A stretch of DNA of 64,000 nucleotides from Tubiluchus corallicola (Eukaryota > Animalia > Priapulida). Under the pieces are notes generated by a model. The model had not been told where the DNA came from. It did no database searches and worked only from the letters and a program-made list of their open reading frames with translations. Location: positions 124,001-188,000 of the forward strand of contig JAQGDQ010000302.1 of the NCBI GenBank assembly GCA_030141605.1, read 5' to 3'. The position numbers were made by a program, and so were the translations under genes. Shown piece after piece: positions 51,244 to 64,000 of this stretch (positions are counted from its first letter, which is position 1; every line of letters begins with the position of its first letter).

Positions 51244-52960
51244 ACTAAACAAGGAGAGTTTGCTGCAGTAACACAAACGTGTTATAACACACGAATCTTC
51301 ATAAAGGTAGCAAAAATGAAAGCATGCTAACCAACATGTGCATTTTCGTACGACTGTCACTAACATTAATTAAGTTCCAAGTCCTTTTTTAAGATGATAT
51401 TCTCAGTCGAACTATTACACTTGAGAGATGGATGATGGTTTTTGTTTCTAATTTGCTATAGTCTTTGGACAAGGCAGTTTTATCCATAGATATTGCTTAA
51501 CACTATAACCATTTAAAGAATTTTAAACTGCGATCTCGTTATGAGTATTGATACTAGTAAAAGCAATTGGTGTTGCTACCCACAACACACTTTATGATTT
51601 TGTCAGCTGAACTGGCCTTGCTGTTGTGACATGATAAAGTTATCGAGTAGTGAAATATGTTCTATGGTTTACACAGCACCTCCAAGATCTTTAATCATTT
51701 CCTTTAATAAATGAAGTAGAAGACTTAAATTTGTCGGATAAATTGTAATAACTTGTTGGATAATTTTCTTTAGTAAATGTATTAGAAGACTCAATTTTGT
51801 TTGATAAATTGTAATAACTTGTTGGACAATTTTGTTGAAATAATGAGAATAGAGTGCTGCTAAATAAAATTTTGTTGAAGTAATCTAAAAAATCCTATAT
51901 TTTGCAACAATTACTGATATCTGCAACATCGTACTGTTGAACATTAATACAATATAATAACTATATAGTTGTATTAGTATAATGCTAAGATACTGAATGC
52001 TCTTCTACACTTATGAAATTTTTCAATATGCACAATAAAATAACACCATCTCTTTGCAGAAGAAACCAGAAGACACTTGATAACTAAAACACCACAAAAG
52101 CACATACTGGCTATATTTGTAAGGGCGTTGAATAGTTAACTGACCCGAAAAGCCTTCAAATTGAGTCACCTGGTTTTTATATGACTTTTGAAAGACCTAT
52201 ACAACATAGATCAGTGGTTTACTGCTTTGCTAGCACGTGCACGCATTTAGAAACTTCTTGATCGCCGCCGTTGTATATGTACATTGTACATAGTTATCCA
52301 CTTTTACTTGAAGGTTGTTTTACTTGGATTTACAAAAATGTATTAAGATTTTACCTGAGTTTGTACATCTATTTGAACATGGTGATCGATTCGGTAATGA
52401 CTAACGACCTACTTTTCAGCACCACATTAGTTATTTTGCTTACATGGCGTCGCTAATACCTACTTCACCTAACGTAACCTAGACATTTAATACATTTGGG
52501 ACAAAGATAAAACAGACTGGCTAAATTTCACTGGATGTAATTATGCAACAAGCGCATTGATTAAAAGCTGCAGAGTTAAGATGAAAATCTCCCTGAGCAT
52601 TGCAATAATAGAGTAATTTCCGTCAACCTCCAGTCACTCATTTGACAATCCAAACCCTAGCCAGCCGCAAACCACAAACCTCTAGACGTTGAGCAAATCG
52701 CTTAAGCATAATTTTCGCAATCAAGCAAGTTATATAAACCGTGGACGATTTGTACATTAAGTAATTTCCTGGGTGTACCATTTGAGGATATAGGACGAGC
52801 TTTGGAGTAATTCGCCAGCAGAGAGTAATTCTGAGGGGAAATGTATTTTACATTGGATCTTGTATTTCGTCGTCAGTAAATACTCAAATAAAACTGATTT
52901 GCCATTGACAGAATTTAGTTACATGATTTAAGGTATTTTCAAATTGCTAGCAACTGCACA

Positions 52961-55430
52961 ATTTATTTATTTATTTATTTTACTACGAAAACACCAAACA
53001 ACAATACTATATAGCAAAACACGATATGACGAACATGGTATACATAGGATTATATAATTTCATTAACTTCATAATAAAATCGACATGACATGATATCTAT
53101 ATAAATTGTTGCTTGGATTATAGCCAGAAGCGTTACTTGTGTGGCTATAATGCAATTAATGATACAGGTGTTAGGGTGCAAAAAAGGAAGGTAAAAAATG
53201 ATAGAATGTTAGTGGAGAGTGTGAGAGATGGGAATTAGTAGGATTAGGTTAGTGAAGTTATCTGAACGAGAATGAATATGAGATTACTATTAGGACATCT
53301 CAAAAATATGCATACATTCATGAAATGAAGTACATTATAAGCCAGTCTGTCGCTTACTGTGAATCTGAAGATACGTCAGATGCTATACATGATCAACCTT
53401 TAAAATGAATTTAAGAATGAAGTTTTCAAACTTTTTTTGAATCTTGGTAACGACGAAGTTGAGTTAATATTTTCAGGTATTTTGTTCCATATGGCAGAAC
53501 CAATAAAATAGATGAAAAAATTCGCAACATTAGTCCTGCACCAGACAACTTGATACTTGTTAAATCTAGGATTGTAATGTTTTTGATTAAGATTAACAGA
53601 AATTACGAAAAAAGATGGCAGAGATTTATAGTGAGTTTTGTACATGAATATGCTTATATTATACTTAATTATGGTGTCAATGGTCATTTGTTTGAATTCT
53701 TTGAGGTGCCAATTAAAAAGAAGCAGGAATTTAGCTAAACCACGAAAAATGCTAACAAACTTACGTTGAAGAGCACAGAGAGAATCTACATTCAATGGAT
53801 AGATCGGACCCCATAAAATGTAAGCATAGTTTAAATATGGACGACTAAAGAATGATATAAATTCTTAAATGTCTTTGATTTTTGATACAAGAAATGATTC
53901 CAATGTTCTTGGCTATTTTGAGGCTAATCATGTTAATGTGAGGTTCCAGGATAGATGTAACACGATGCCTAAAAACTTTATTTGTTTAATTTGTTCAATA
54001 GGAGAACCATCAATCATTAGAAGGTCGGAATTTGAGGGAAGCGGTTTATTTCTAGAGCGAAACATCACACATTTAGTTTTATTTTCATTAAGAGAAAGTT
54101 TATTAGCTTTGAATCATTTGTAGAAAAATTTTCAAAGTCTGAGAAGATGGTCGTGCTGTCTGCAAATTGTGTTATCTTCATATTGTGTTGGATGCTGTGT
54201 ATGTTGCTGATGTAAATTAAAAATAAGAGGGGTCCTAGGATTGACCCTTGTGGTACCCAAGTTGCTTCTGCCTGGTCAGAGAAGGAGTTGTTGCATTTGA
54301 CAAATTGCAGACAATTACTTAGGTAACTTTGGAGCCGTTCTGATGCGACAACCCTAAAGCCTAGTAAGATAATTTATTGACTAAAATTATATGGTTGACA
54401 GTATCAAATGTTTTAGAGAGGTTGCAGGAGATTCCAACTGTAGTGGAATTATTTTCAATGGTGTCATTAGTTTTCTACAGACTGTTAAGAGTGCAAGGTC
54501 AGTAGTAGAATTTTTGCCAAAGCCAAAATGGTTAGCACTAAAAATCTCGTTTATTGTTAAATAGTTGTTCAGTTGATTTATGCACATCTAGAATTTTTGA
54601 GAAAACAGGAAGCAAAGAAATGGGTCTGTAATTCTTCATATTGGTAGCGTCAGCAGATTTGAGAATGGAGGTTATTACAACATGCTTCATTTTATCAGGA
54701 AAAATACGATTACCAAGAAAAAGGTTGATCAAGTGATTTAAAGGTGCAGAAACTGGCTCGATTATGTCGGATACACAATTTTTGGGAAAATATTAAAGAT
54801 ATCAACAGTGGTCTTTGGACTAAGTGATTTGCTGATCTTGATTAAATCATTAGGTGTCCTTGGCTGAAAAAAGAAGGAATGATTATAGTTACCCTTTAAG
54901 ATATTGGTAAAGGAAATGTCGACGGGACTAATATTTTCCGCTCATAGAGGACCAATGTCGACGTAGGGAGTATTGAACATATTTGCAACAGCATAGTTGT
55001 CTGAAATACGTTTATTGTTATTCTTAATCCTTATTACAGAATTACACGTTTGTTTATCTAGTAGTGCCTTAATGATGTCCCATCAGGTTTTCTTTATGTT
55101 ACGCTCATATATGTCAAGTTTCTTTTTATAATATGTCGATTTGGATGTTTTGATTAAAGTAGTTAATCTGTTACGATACTGTTTGTTTTCATGTTTAATG
55201 TTATTGCTTGAAGAGTGTTTTATATTACTTTATATAATTTGTTTCTAGGTTTAATGGAATTCAAAAGTCCTTTAGTTATCCAAGGTTTTTCATTTTTTAA
55301 TTGATTATTATTTGTTGTGCGTTCTTTAATATGCTTAGAGAAAATATTGCTGAAATCATCAAAGAACATATCAGTTGCTTGATTAACATTCTCACAGGCC
55401 AAGGTGTCATTCCAATAAGGTGATATCTAC
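52961..55430 (-). mobile_element. 5'-truncated, decayed non-LTR retrotransposon (CR1/L2-like LINE, ORF2 reverse transcriptase)
   Basis: Minus-strand fragments KPWITKGLLNSIK, NYRPISLLPVFSKIL, VPQGSILGPLLFLIYI, QFADSTT (FADD-like), KFLGIV, PYLNYAYILWG, GSAIWNKIP; many frameshifts; (AAAT)n 3' tail at 52961-52980. Confidence 0.92.
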
Positions 55431-57422
55431 GTGTCTGGACGATTGTCCTTCTAGCTAGCTACTTAGTTTTCATTTTGCACACGTATATCTCAAAAGTACC
55501 AATCTCGGTTTTGACCGATTTTTGTTGTTGGTGCCTGAAATCATATCCTAAGAGAATTTGAAGAGAAAGTTCTGTTTGTTCTAGGTACCTCTTACTAGAA
55601 GCTGTTTCCCAACCTCCATGCGTGACAAGGAAAATACAGTTATATATATGTACAAATCCTAAAATGAAATGAACAACATTAGTACCGCCTGGTTCTAGAT
55701 ATTAACGTTTTACACCCAGAGAAAGTTAAAAACATACCAGAGAAATAGTGGAAGAAATAACTACAATGACATGTTCCAACAGCAATTTTGATATGTAATC
55801 TCACTGTCTCAGTACTGCCGCAAAAGTACTTCCTCCTCATTTGACTTTGCTGCTAAGCTACTAACAAGAATTGAAATGAAATAGTTTCGCTCTATTAATT
55901 CAATCTAAAATCAGCTTGTTCGTAAACCCAAACGGAAAAGTTTTGAAATCGTTTTCTAATGATCCCAGCGTATTGGATTAAGATGCACTTAGAGGATTAG
56001 GCGGTTTGAAATGGACATTGTTGAAACGATTACCAATTTTGGCATAATGCAGCAATCGAGTTGGGGTGTTAAGCTAGTACAAAATTTATAATCTACAGCT
56101 CAAACCCACCAAAGCGACCTTGAAAATGTCAAGGTTCTTGTGCAAGGAATGAGACTAACAACCTACAACAAATACCAGGATGATGTGGGCATGCCCAATC
56201 AAGATGAAAGTCAGAAGATGACTAAAAATTCATCATACAAAAAACGTACGAGACGGAAAAACTGGAGGGTTGATGTAGCAGGGAGTCGGCACGTTCATCT
56301 TACTGGTTTCAGAAGTATAAGGATACACCATGTCACAGCACAACCTTACTTAAGAATGATAATGTAACATACTATTCTATTACTGACACATATCATAGTA
56401 ATAAAATAAATAAATTAGTGTTCTGTGTCATGACAGATGTCAATAATTACTGACAGGCACAATATCCGAATTATGCACAAAAAAGGATGATTTAAGTAGC
56501 CATGTATAGCAGTGGGTTGGTAGACTTATTAATTCTGGACTTTGAGAAAATACTTCGCGTACAATCAAGGGTATAAATATGTCACACATTGAAATGAGAG
56601 TCAATTCATAAGAATGCAGAAACGTGCAGATTATCATAATTGACAAGGATCAGAAGTCACAATTTGCTTTCTGAATTTCGATTGCACGTGTGTGTTTGCA
56701 TGCAGTTATTATTGCGCTACTACTACCTTTAATATACTGCACTCAGATTTGCTATTCTGTAAGCAACATCAATTTGTACAAAAGCAAAAGAATTTACAAA
56801 TTTTAGAGCGCTTGTCGCCGAGAGAATAACTAGCTGCTGAGAGTGGCTTCATTTCTGATATACTGTACGACGTTGAGCAATGCTCACAGTACTCCAATCA
56901 ACGGAGCTTCAGTATCGACCCGTCCATCTACTTAGCGCACATGGTCAACCATCGCCAGAACCCCGGACACAGTTGACGAGTTAAGGTCTGTAAATTTAAA
57001 CTTTTACACGGTCCAGACACGCAAAAGTTTACACAAGACCCGCGGATGCTGTCTAAATCAACAATTTCGATTAATTTCACTTCTGTAACAGAAAACCATC
57101 GGGCTTCACACAGTTAATTCAACTACTAATTGGCTCGGCTGATAACGGGAATCACGTGACGCTAATTAGTGACTAATTAGAACTCTGGATTAATTGTGAT
57201 GTTGCCCATGACATAATTAGATGTAATATGCAAGCCGCTCAACGACAACGCCTAAGCTGAATGTACGTTAAGCTGCCTTTACTTATTACACGCGATTCTA
57301 CAATTAATCAACAATCATAAGTGGATTAGCCAATCAACGACGTCTGCAGCTGGACTGAGAAGCTTTGGGGATGACTGCAAAGGCAGAAACTCACATTTTA
57401 CAAGGAGTGTGTGCTTACTAAG

Positions 57423-59575
57423 AGATGAAAAATTAATGTACTTCTCAATAACGAAATTTTCCTTGATATCAACAAGAGTTTAATTGTATCTAGTTAAGTG
57501 AAAGCTCATCCACACCATGTGAAATTTATGTTATATGAGTCGCATCTTGATTTGATATGTAATGCTAATACAAGTATCGTAATTACGATTAATATCAAAG
57601 GAAGAAAGAACAATGAATGAACGCGCGCAAATGTCACAGCCATGTATTTCAAAGAACTGCATCCTAATAAGTATGTTTAGGTTCTGAGCTTCTTTTGAAG
57701 TTGGCTTAAGTGTGGTGACAAACTCATGCATTAAGCTGACCTGACCGATTCATATGAGTATTGTTACTCAGAAGTTCAGAACCTAGCGTGCTTGAAGAAA
57801 CTATCAGCGCATGGGAGAAATTTATCCTAATTGTATGCATGTATAAAAACTACATAAAGGGTCAATTAGTGATACAGCAGCTCCAGCAGGTCGCAAATTG
57901 AAGTCCCTTCATCAAGCAGTATTGCTAACTAAGATTGATTAGACGCCAACATTATGTTCTACAGATGAAAAATTAATGTACTTCTCAATAACGAAATTTT
58001 ACTTGATATCATCAAGAGAGTTTAATTGTATCTAGTTAAGTGAAAGCTCATCCACACCACGTGAAATTTATGTTATATGAGTCGCATCTTAATTTGATAT
58101 GTAATGCTAATACAAGTATCGTAATTACGATTAATATCAAAGGAAGAAAGAACAATGAATGAACGCGCGCAAATGTCACAGCCATGTATTTCAAAGAACT
58201 GCAAATAATAAGTATGTTTAGGTTCTGAGCTTCTTTTGAAGTTGGCTTAAGTGTGGTGACAAACTCATGCAGTAAGCCGACCTGACCGATTCATGCGAGT
58301 ATTGTTACTCAGAAGTCCAGAACCTAGCTTAAGTGTGGTGACAAACTCATGCAGTAAGCTGACCTGACCGATTCATACGAGTATTGTTACTCAGAAGTCC
58401 AGAACCTAGCTTAAGTGTGGTGACAAACTCATGCAGTAAGCTGACCTGACCGATTCGTGCGAGTATTGTTACTCAGAAGTCCAGAACCTAGCTTAAGTGT
58501 CGTGACAAACTCATGCAGTAAGCTGACCTGACCGATTCATACGAGTATTGTTACTCAGAAGTCCAGAACCTAGCTTAAGTGTGGTGACAAACTCATGCAG
58601 TAAGCTAACCTAACCGATCCATACGAGTATTGTTACTCAGAAGTCGAGAACCTAGCTTAAGCGTCGTGACATACTCATGCATTAAGCTGACCTGACCGAT
58701 CCATATGAGTATTGTTACTCAGAAGTGTCCAGAACCCAGCTTAAGTGTGGTGACAAACTCATGCAGTAAGCTGACCTGACCGATCCATACGAGTATTGCT
58801 ACTCAGAAGTCCAGAACCTAGCTTAAGCGTCGTGACATACTCATGCATTAAGCTGACCTGACCGATCCATATGAGTATTGTTACTCAGAAGTGTCCAGAA
58901 CCCAGCTTAAGTGTGGTGACAAACTCATGCAGTAAGCTGACCTGACCGATCCATACGAGTATTGCTACTCAGAAGTCCAGAACCTAGCTTAAGCGTCGTG
59001 ACATACTCATGCATTAAGCTGACCTGACCGATCCATATGAGTATTGTTACTCAGAAGTGTCCAGAACCTAGCTTAAGTGTGGTGACAAACTCATGCAGTA
59101 AGCTGACCTGACCGATCCATACGAGTATTGCTACTCAGAAGTCCAGAACCTAGCTTAAGTGTGGTGACAAACTCATGCAGTAAGCTAACCTGACCGATCC
59201 ATGCGAGTATTGTTACTCAGAAGTCCAGAACCTAGCTTAAGTGTGGTGACAAACTCATGCAGTAAGCTGACCTGACCTATCCATACGAGTATTGTTATTC
59301 AGAAGTCCAGAACCTAGCTTAAGTGTGGTGACAAACTCATGCATTAAGCTGACCTGACGGATCCATATGAGCATTGTTATTCAGAAGTTCAGAACCTAGC
59401 GTGCTTGAAGAAACTACCATGGAACGGGACTCCCGCAGGGGAGAAATTTACCCTTAATTGTATATGTATAAAAACTACATAAAGGGTCAATTAGTGCTAC
59501 AGCACCCTCAACAGGTCGCACACTTCATCAAGCAGTATTGCTAACTAAGATTGATTAGAAGCCCACATTGTGTTT
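57423..59575. repeat. ~540-bp tandem duplication whose second copy contains an expanded 82-bp array
   Basis: AGATGAAAAATTAATGTACTTCTCAATAACG at 57423 and 57963; shared 3' blocks GTGCTTGAAGAAACTA (57788, 59401) and CTTCATCAAGCAGTATTGCTAACTAAG (57907, 59523). Confidence 0.92.
58246..59400. repeat. 82/84-bp tandem array, 14 copies, with a 166-bp higher-order dimer x3
   Basis: CTTAAG anchors at 58246, 58328, 58410, 58492, 58574, 58656, 58740, 58822, 58906, 58988, 59072, 59154, 59236 and 59318. Confidence 0.96.
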
Positions 59576-62500
59576 TAGAAAGCAAACATGTCCAAAGCAA
59601 GGGAAAACATCAAACAAGTCCAAAGGACACTTCAATAAATCATCCGTTTATTTCTGATCTGTCCGCGCAAGAATCACGGCAATTCGCGGACTCGACTCGT
59701 CCGCAGCTGTGAGTTTACATAATCATGTTATAGGAATTCAAACAGGGTACATACTGACTTCAAAATTAATCTGTGCCTGCTAGCAAGAATGTACTGTTAA
59801 ACATCTTCAACGTGTAACCACTATCTGATTGATTTTTTTAAATTTACAATCATTTAAAATACAGTAGAAAATGGTATTAAAGGAACGAAAGAGGAATCGC
59901 ACCGAAGGAAAACACCTGACAAGAACCAGCCTTTTTAACATCACTTAATAACTGAAGCTGCCATGATGCTTTGTAAGATTGCGATGTCCAAAAGCAGGCA
60001 CATTAGGAAGATCAGAGCAGAATGCAAATAAAATCCTAATATCATTACAAGGATCCTTCGAGGCATGAGTGTCATTCAAGGTTTCTTTGGACGTCTTACA
60101 ATACAAGTCAATCTTATTATATAATGCATGAGACTGGCAATCTCTTATTCCAATAAAATTATTTAGCGGATATTGTAGGATAGTTAAAATATTTTTTCGT
60201 TATAACTCTTGATCGTTTGAAATAACGTCACGAATAATCTCATTCACTTCGCCTATTGCTATAAATGGGTCTAACCTGCATCGTTCATTTGTGCTTTTGT
60301 TTTTTAACACACTGCGTTACGAACCATAATGCAACCGGATCCAGTTTTTGAATGATTCAGAAAACTATTTCATGCCTCACGCCAAAAAACGGCTTACAAA
60401 AGACGCCTTGTGGCTTACGGATTATGGATTTTGGCTCGTTTCTTACGGCTTTCTCAGTGTGACACGGGCCTTACGTGCCTAGCATATTTGCCTAAATCAC
60501 TTAATTTCACAGATTCAATGCCTAAATAGCATAAAACGGGATTGTTTTTAACAAATAATCGAAGTTCATATAGCAGATCAGGAAACCACTAAATAGCGAA
60601 TACGAATAAGCACAATTTTAGATGTCACACACTATTCGACAAATTAAACTCAATCCATATTTTTTAATATTTTACAATAACTTACAATATTTTTCTGATG
60701 TGCTATTCTTAACCACTTTGTAATCATTTTTTATAACCATCATCATCGTCGTCATCGTCAACATATAACCATCATCATCGTCGTCATCGTCAACATAATT
60801 ATCATCAACAACAACAACACATCATCATGTTACTGGTCATTATGTCCAAACAAAATAATATTCAATATACTGAAATTTTCCCGGAAATGATTATATTAGA
60901 TTGGTCAGTTATTTTCTAAAATTGCTGATCACGAAAAAAGCTATACTTCATAGATAAATCTTCCCGTGGAGAAGATTTCTCCTAACAGAAGTTGCCAATT
61001 CACAGATTTGCTTACAAGTGGAGCTTCCAAGGTTAGAGAGGGTTACTCAGCAGTGTGTAAAATAGTCTTTATTTGGTCACGTTTTCAACTATCGTACATA
61101 TTCTTGCATGTTTTGTTTGTATGTTAGCGCACCAAACTAGAAAATATTCTCCATAACTTTAGATCGTTACTAAGAAATAACAAAAGGAGCTTAAAGTTTA
61201 GGGTTACAGGTAGTATGGCTATCAGAAGCAAGGCCAAAACTTCAGTTTATGCACTCAAAAGTCAAAACTCAACAGTGTCCATCTTTAATGTATGTATGAT
61301 ACTTTTTCAAAGACCAATTTACACACTCGAAAGTAAATTGAAACCTCACTTTAAATCTGCGATACTTTTCAACGGTCAGTTAGCACACAACAAAATAGAG
61401 TCTTCGCTTTAAATCCACAATGCTTTTTTCAGAAGCTAGGTTACAAATTTGTAACAAAATGAATCTTCCTTTCTAATGTTTAATCTATACATTTTTAGAG
61501 GCCAGTTTACAATTTATCGTTAAACCGAGTCTTCACTTATTTTTCAGCCCTGGGCCAATGCTACATATACACATTCATAGCTGAAGCGAGTTTTCAATTT
61601 ATACCTACATTAATTTTTCAGAGACCAGTTTACAAATTCATAACTAAACTGGGTCTTCGTTTCTAAACTGTGCTACTTTTTGAGGTTAGTTTCCTCACTC
61701 ACAGTTTTGCACCTTTTGTTTCATTTTCTGTTGTGTCAGTCTTATACAGTCTTAGAGATTCATCTGAGCTTTAACTCCTGCCTAACCTCTGGCAATTACA
61801 TTCTATAATTAGTACCGACGCTTCTACATACGAAATATTGATACAGAATATAATTATGGACTGAATTCAAATGAAGAAATCAATGTTTACCTGCTTACAT
61901 TCAAGTTGTCAGTAATACTCATTTGTTCTCTACTAATACTCTCGTTATATCTCTTTGTATAATTAATTTTTTTATTACCTCCCATCATCTCTCATTCAAT
62001 ATTGTTTTCACTAAAAACTCATATCATACATAAACATGTTGTTAAACCTTAACTCTCCTTCACTTACTGAAAGTCGTTTAGTCTTAATCATACATAGCAT
62101 TTTCCCATTCCTTTCTTTTTCCTTTTAATACTACATTTTCTGAATTCAGAGCATCCTTCAGTCTGTAAGTCGGTATACTGTACAAATATTATTTTAAACT
62201 TAATCATTGCACTGCATCATATACTTTATGGGTGTAAATAGCCAACTGGTAAGTATTGACAAAAACGAGATTGTTGTTGCGACAAAAGGAAGTGATGGTA
62301 TTACAAAATCTCAAAAATTGAATGCAACTACTTGTACTTGGTTGTCAGATGTCTCTTGACAGGTGTGGCAATATCAATCAATAACTCCATACGCTTGTGA
62401 AAAACGTTAATACGCGGAAATGCGAATTTGGCGCACTGCCATTGTGTATATTTTTATCTTTATGCATGAGGCAATTGTTGTGTAGTCAGTAATGCAGCAA

Positions 62501-64000
62501 TTAAAGCATTTAATATTCAGGTAACGTCGAAAGTACTTGCATCAATTAAGCATGAGAAGCGTTAATCAATCCCGCCTATACAGACATGTACAATAATTGC
62601 GACGCGCTCGGGCGGTTTAGGTCGATATTATTATGTGCTTCCAGCATCGGCAATTACAAACACACGGGCAGCCGGCACAACAAGGGCCTCATCACATCAA
62701 CCTGCCAGTCAATGCACAAGATAAACTGTTGCGAATATTATCGAGTTTTCCCACGAGCGTTTCTGCAGAATTTCACAAACATGGCCACTGGAGCGATCTC
62801 TGCGTGAGATATATTACTGAGTCCTGTAAATCATTTTTCTTGGCAAAAATCTGTAACAATTAACAGCACAAAGAAGTGAAATACTGTTATGAATGCCGTT
62901 GTGAAATGCTGAATGAAAAACAGTGAGGTGAAGAATTTGAATAAACAGCTGAAGAAAGCTGGTGTGAAGACGTGTGGGAAGTTGAGGAATGCTAACACGA
63001 AGGAAGTTGGTCAGACTGTTCCAAAAGTGCTGATGTAAAAAGACTAGATAGACAGCAATGTTGATGTGAAGAAGTTGACAGAAAGAAGTTGGAGCAACAA
63101 CAGAGGAATGGTTATTGTGAAAAAGTTAGCTAGACAATTAAGAATGCGTTAATGTGAAAGATTTGGGTGTTCCTTTGGAGAATTACTAATGCAAAGAAGA
63201 TGGGTGGATTTTAGAAGAAAATTAGATTTATATTAATGCAGCAAACAATTTACAAAATGTCATATTACCCTAAAGGTGTAAACATATGCAAGCAAAAATC
63301 AATTCATGTTGCAATCCACTGGATAAACAGATTACCATTTCTTTTTGATGCACCCATAAGTGTACCAAATAACTTTGCGGAAACTGTTTTGGCCAGATTG
63401 CAGATGCCATAATTAAGACCAGTGATAACTTTGCAAGCTTCATCTCAAACTAAGCCATATAATGATGCTACAGTCTTGACCAGTTATAAAAATAAATCCC
63501 AAATATTAAACTCTATGGTGATCTGTTAGTGATTATTCTCTGCACTCAATACAGGCATCAAGGGGATGTCATAAACAGCCAATCACGTGCACAATGCAAA
63601 TCCACAAACATTAAATAACGCTGACAAAAATCAAACTTATCAATTTCTACACAGAAACTGAGCCTTTCGTACATTACCATTTATCAAAGGGAAAATACCA
63701 AAAGAGTATATCACCTGCTTCAGTAAATTTCTTGTAGCAAAGCACTTTGGGATGAAGTTAAAGGAGTACTCCCTAGTCAAAAGAGAAAACTGTAACGCGA
63801 TCCTTTTGACCACCTAAGTAAAAATGCCTTTCCTTGAGTTATGAGTTGTTGAACACAAAGCCTAAGGGGCCGAAATGCATTACTCTTGCTTTTCATTTAA
63901 GTGCACATAGCGTGCTCTATTTTAAAAACTGACTAACATGAGCTTTTCTATATGCTTAGTTTAATGTATAGCAATGATGCACAATACAATTACACTGGAT

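Noticed and set aside
58246-59400. CRISPR-like or coding repeat array
   Set aside because: No spacers, the 82-bp unit is not a multiple of 3, and it derives from adjacent single-copy sequence.
62586-62863. GC-richer segment with short ORFs, considered as an upstream unc-13 exon or a small gene
   Set aside because: All minus-strand frames after the nearest acceptor hit stops, and I see no UNC-13 or other recognisable homology.

Overview
AT-rich, intron-rich animal (invertebrate-type) genomic DNA; nothing prokaryotic and no CRISPR. The window is dominated by a minus-strand unc-13/Munc13 gene (6236-44214+). By hand I traced 32 GT-AG exons that join in frame into 3720 nt (1239 aa + stop) covering the pre-C1 region, C1, C2B, MUN and C2C; its 5' exons are not recognisable here. 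Beyond the ORF track, the gene shows a cluster of probable alternative splicing around C1-C2B: two pairs of tandem-duplicated, phase-matched exons that look mutually exclusive (36875-36953/36710-36800; 27475-27581/27157-27263), a 9-nt VLK microexon, a 6-nt VS microexon candidate, weaker microexon candidates and nearby Rbfox motifs. The last two exons of an unidentified convergent plus-strand gene lie at 419-1971. The unc-13 introns and upstream region hold an intronless, decayed procollagen galactosyltransferase (COLGALT/GT25) pseudogene plus a second fragment, a decayed CR1/L2-like LINE, hAT- and Harbinger-type non-autonomous elements, a 58-bp x28 minisatellite, and an 82-bp x14 array next to its unexpanded single-copy counterpart. 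All splicing claims are inferred from genomic sequence and need RNA data.
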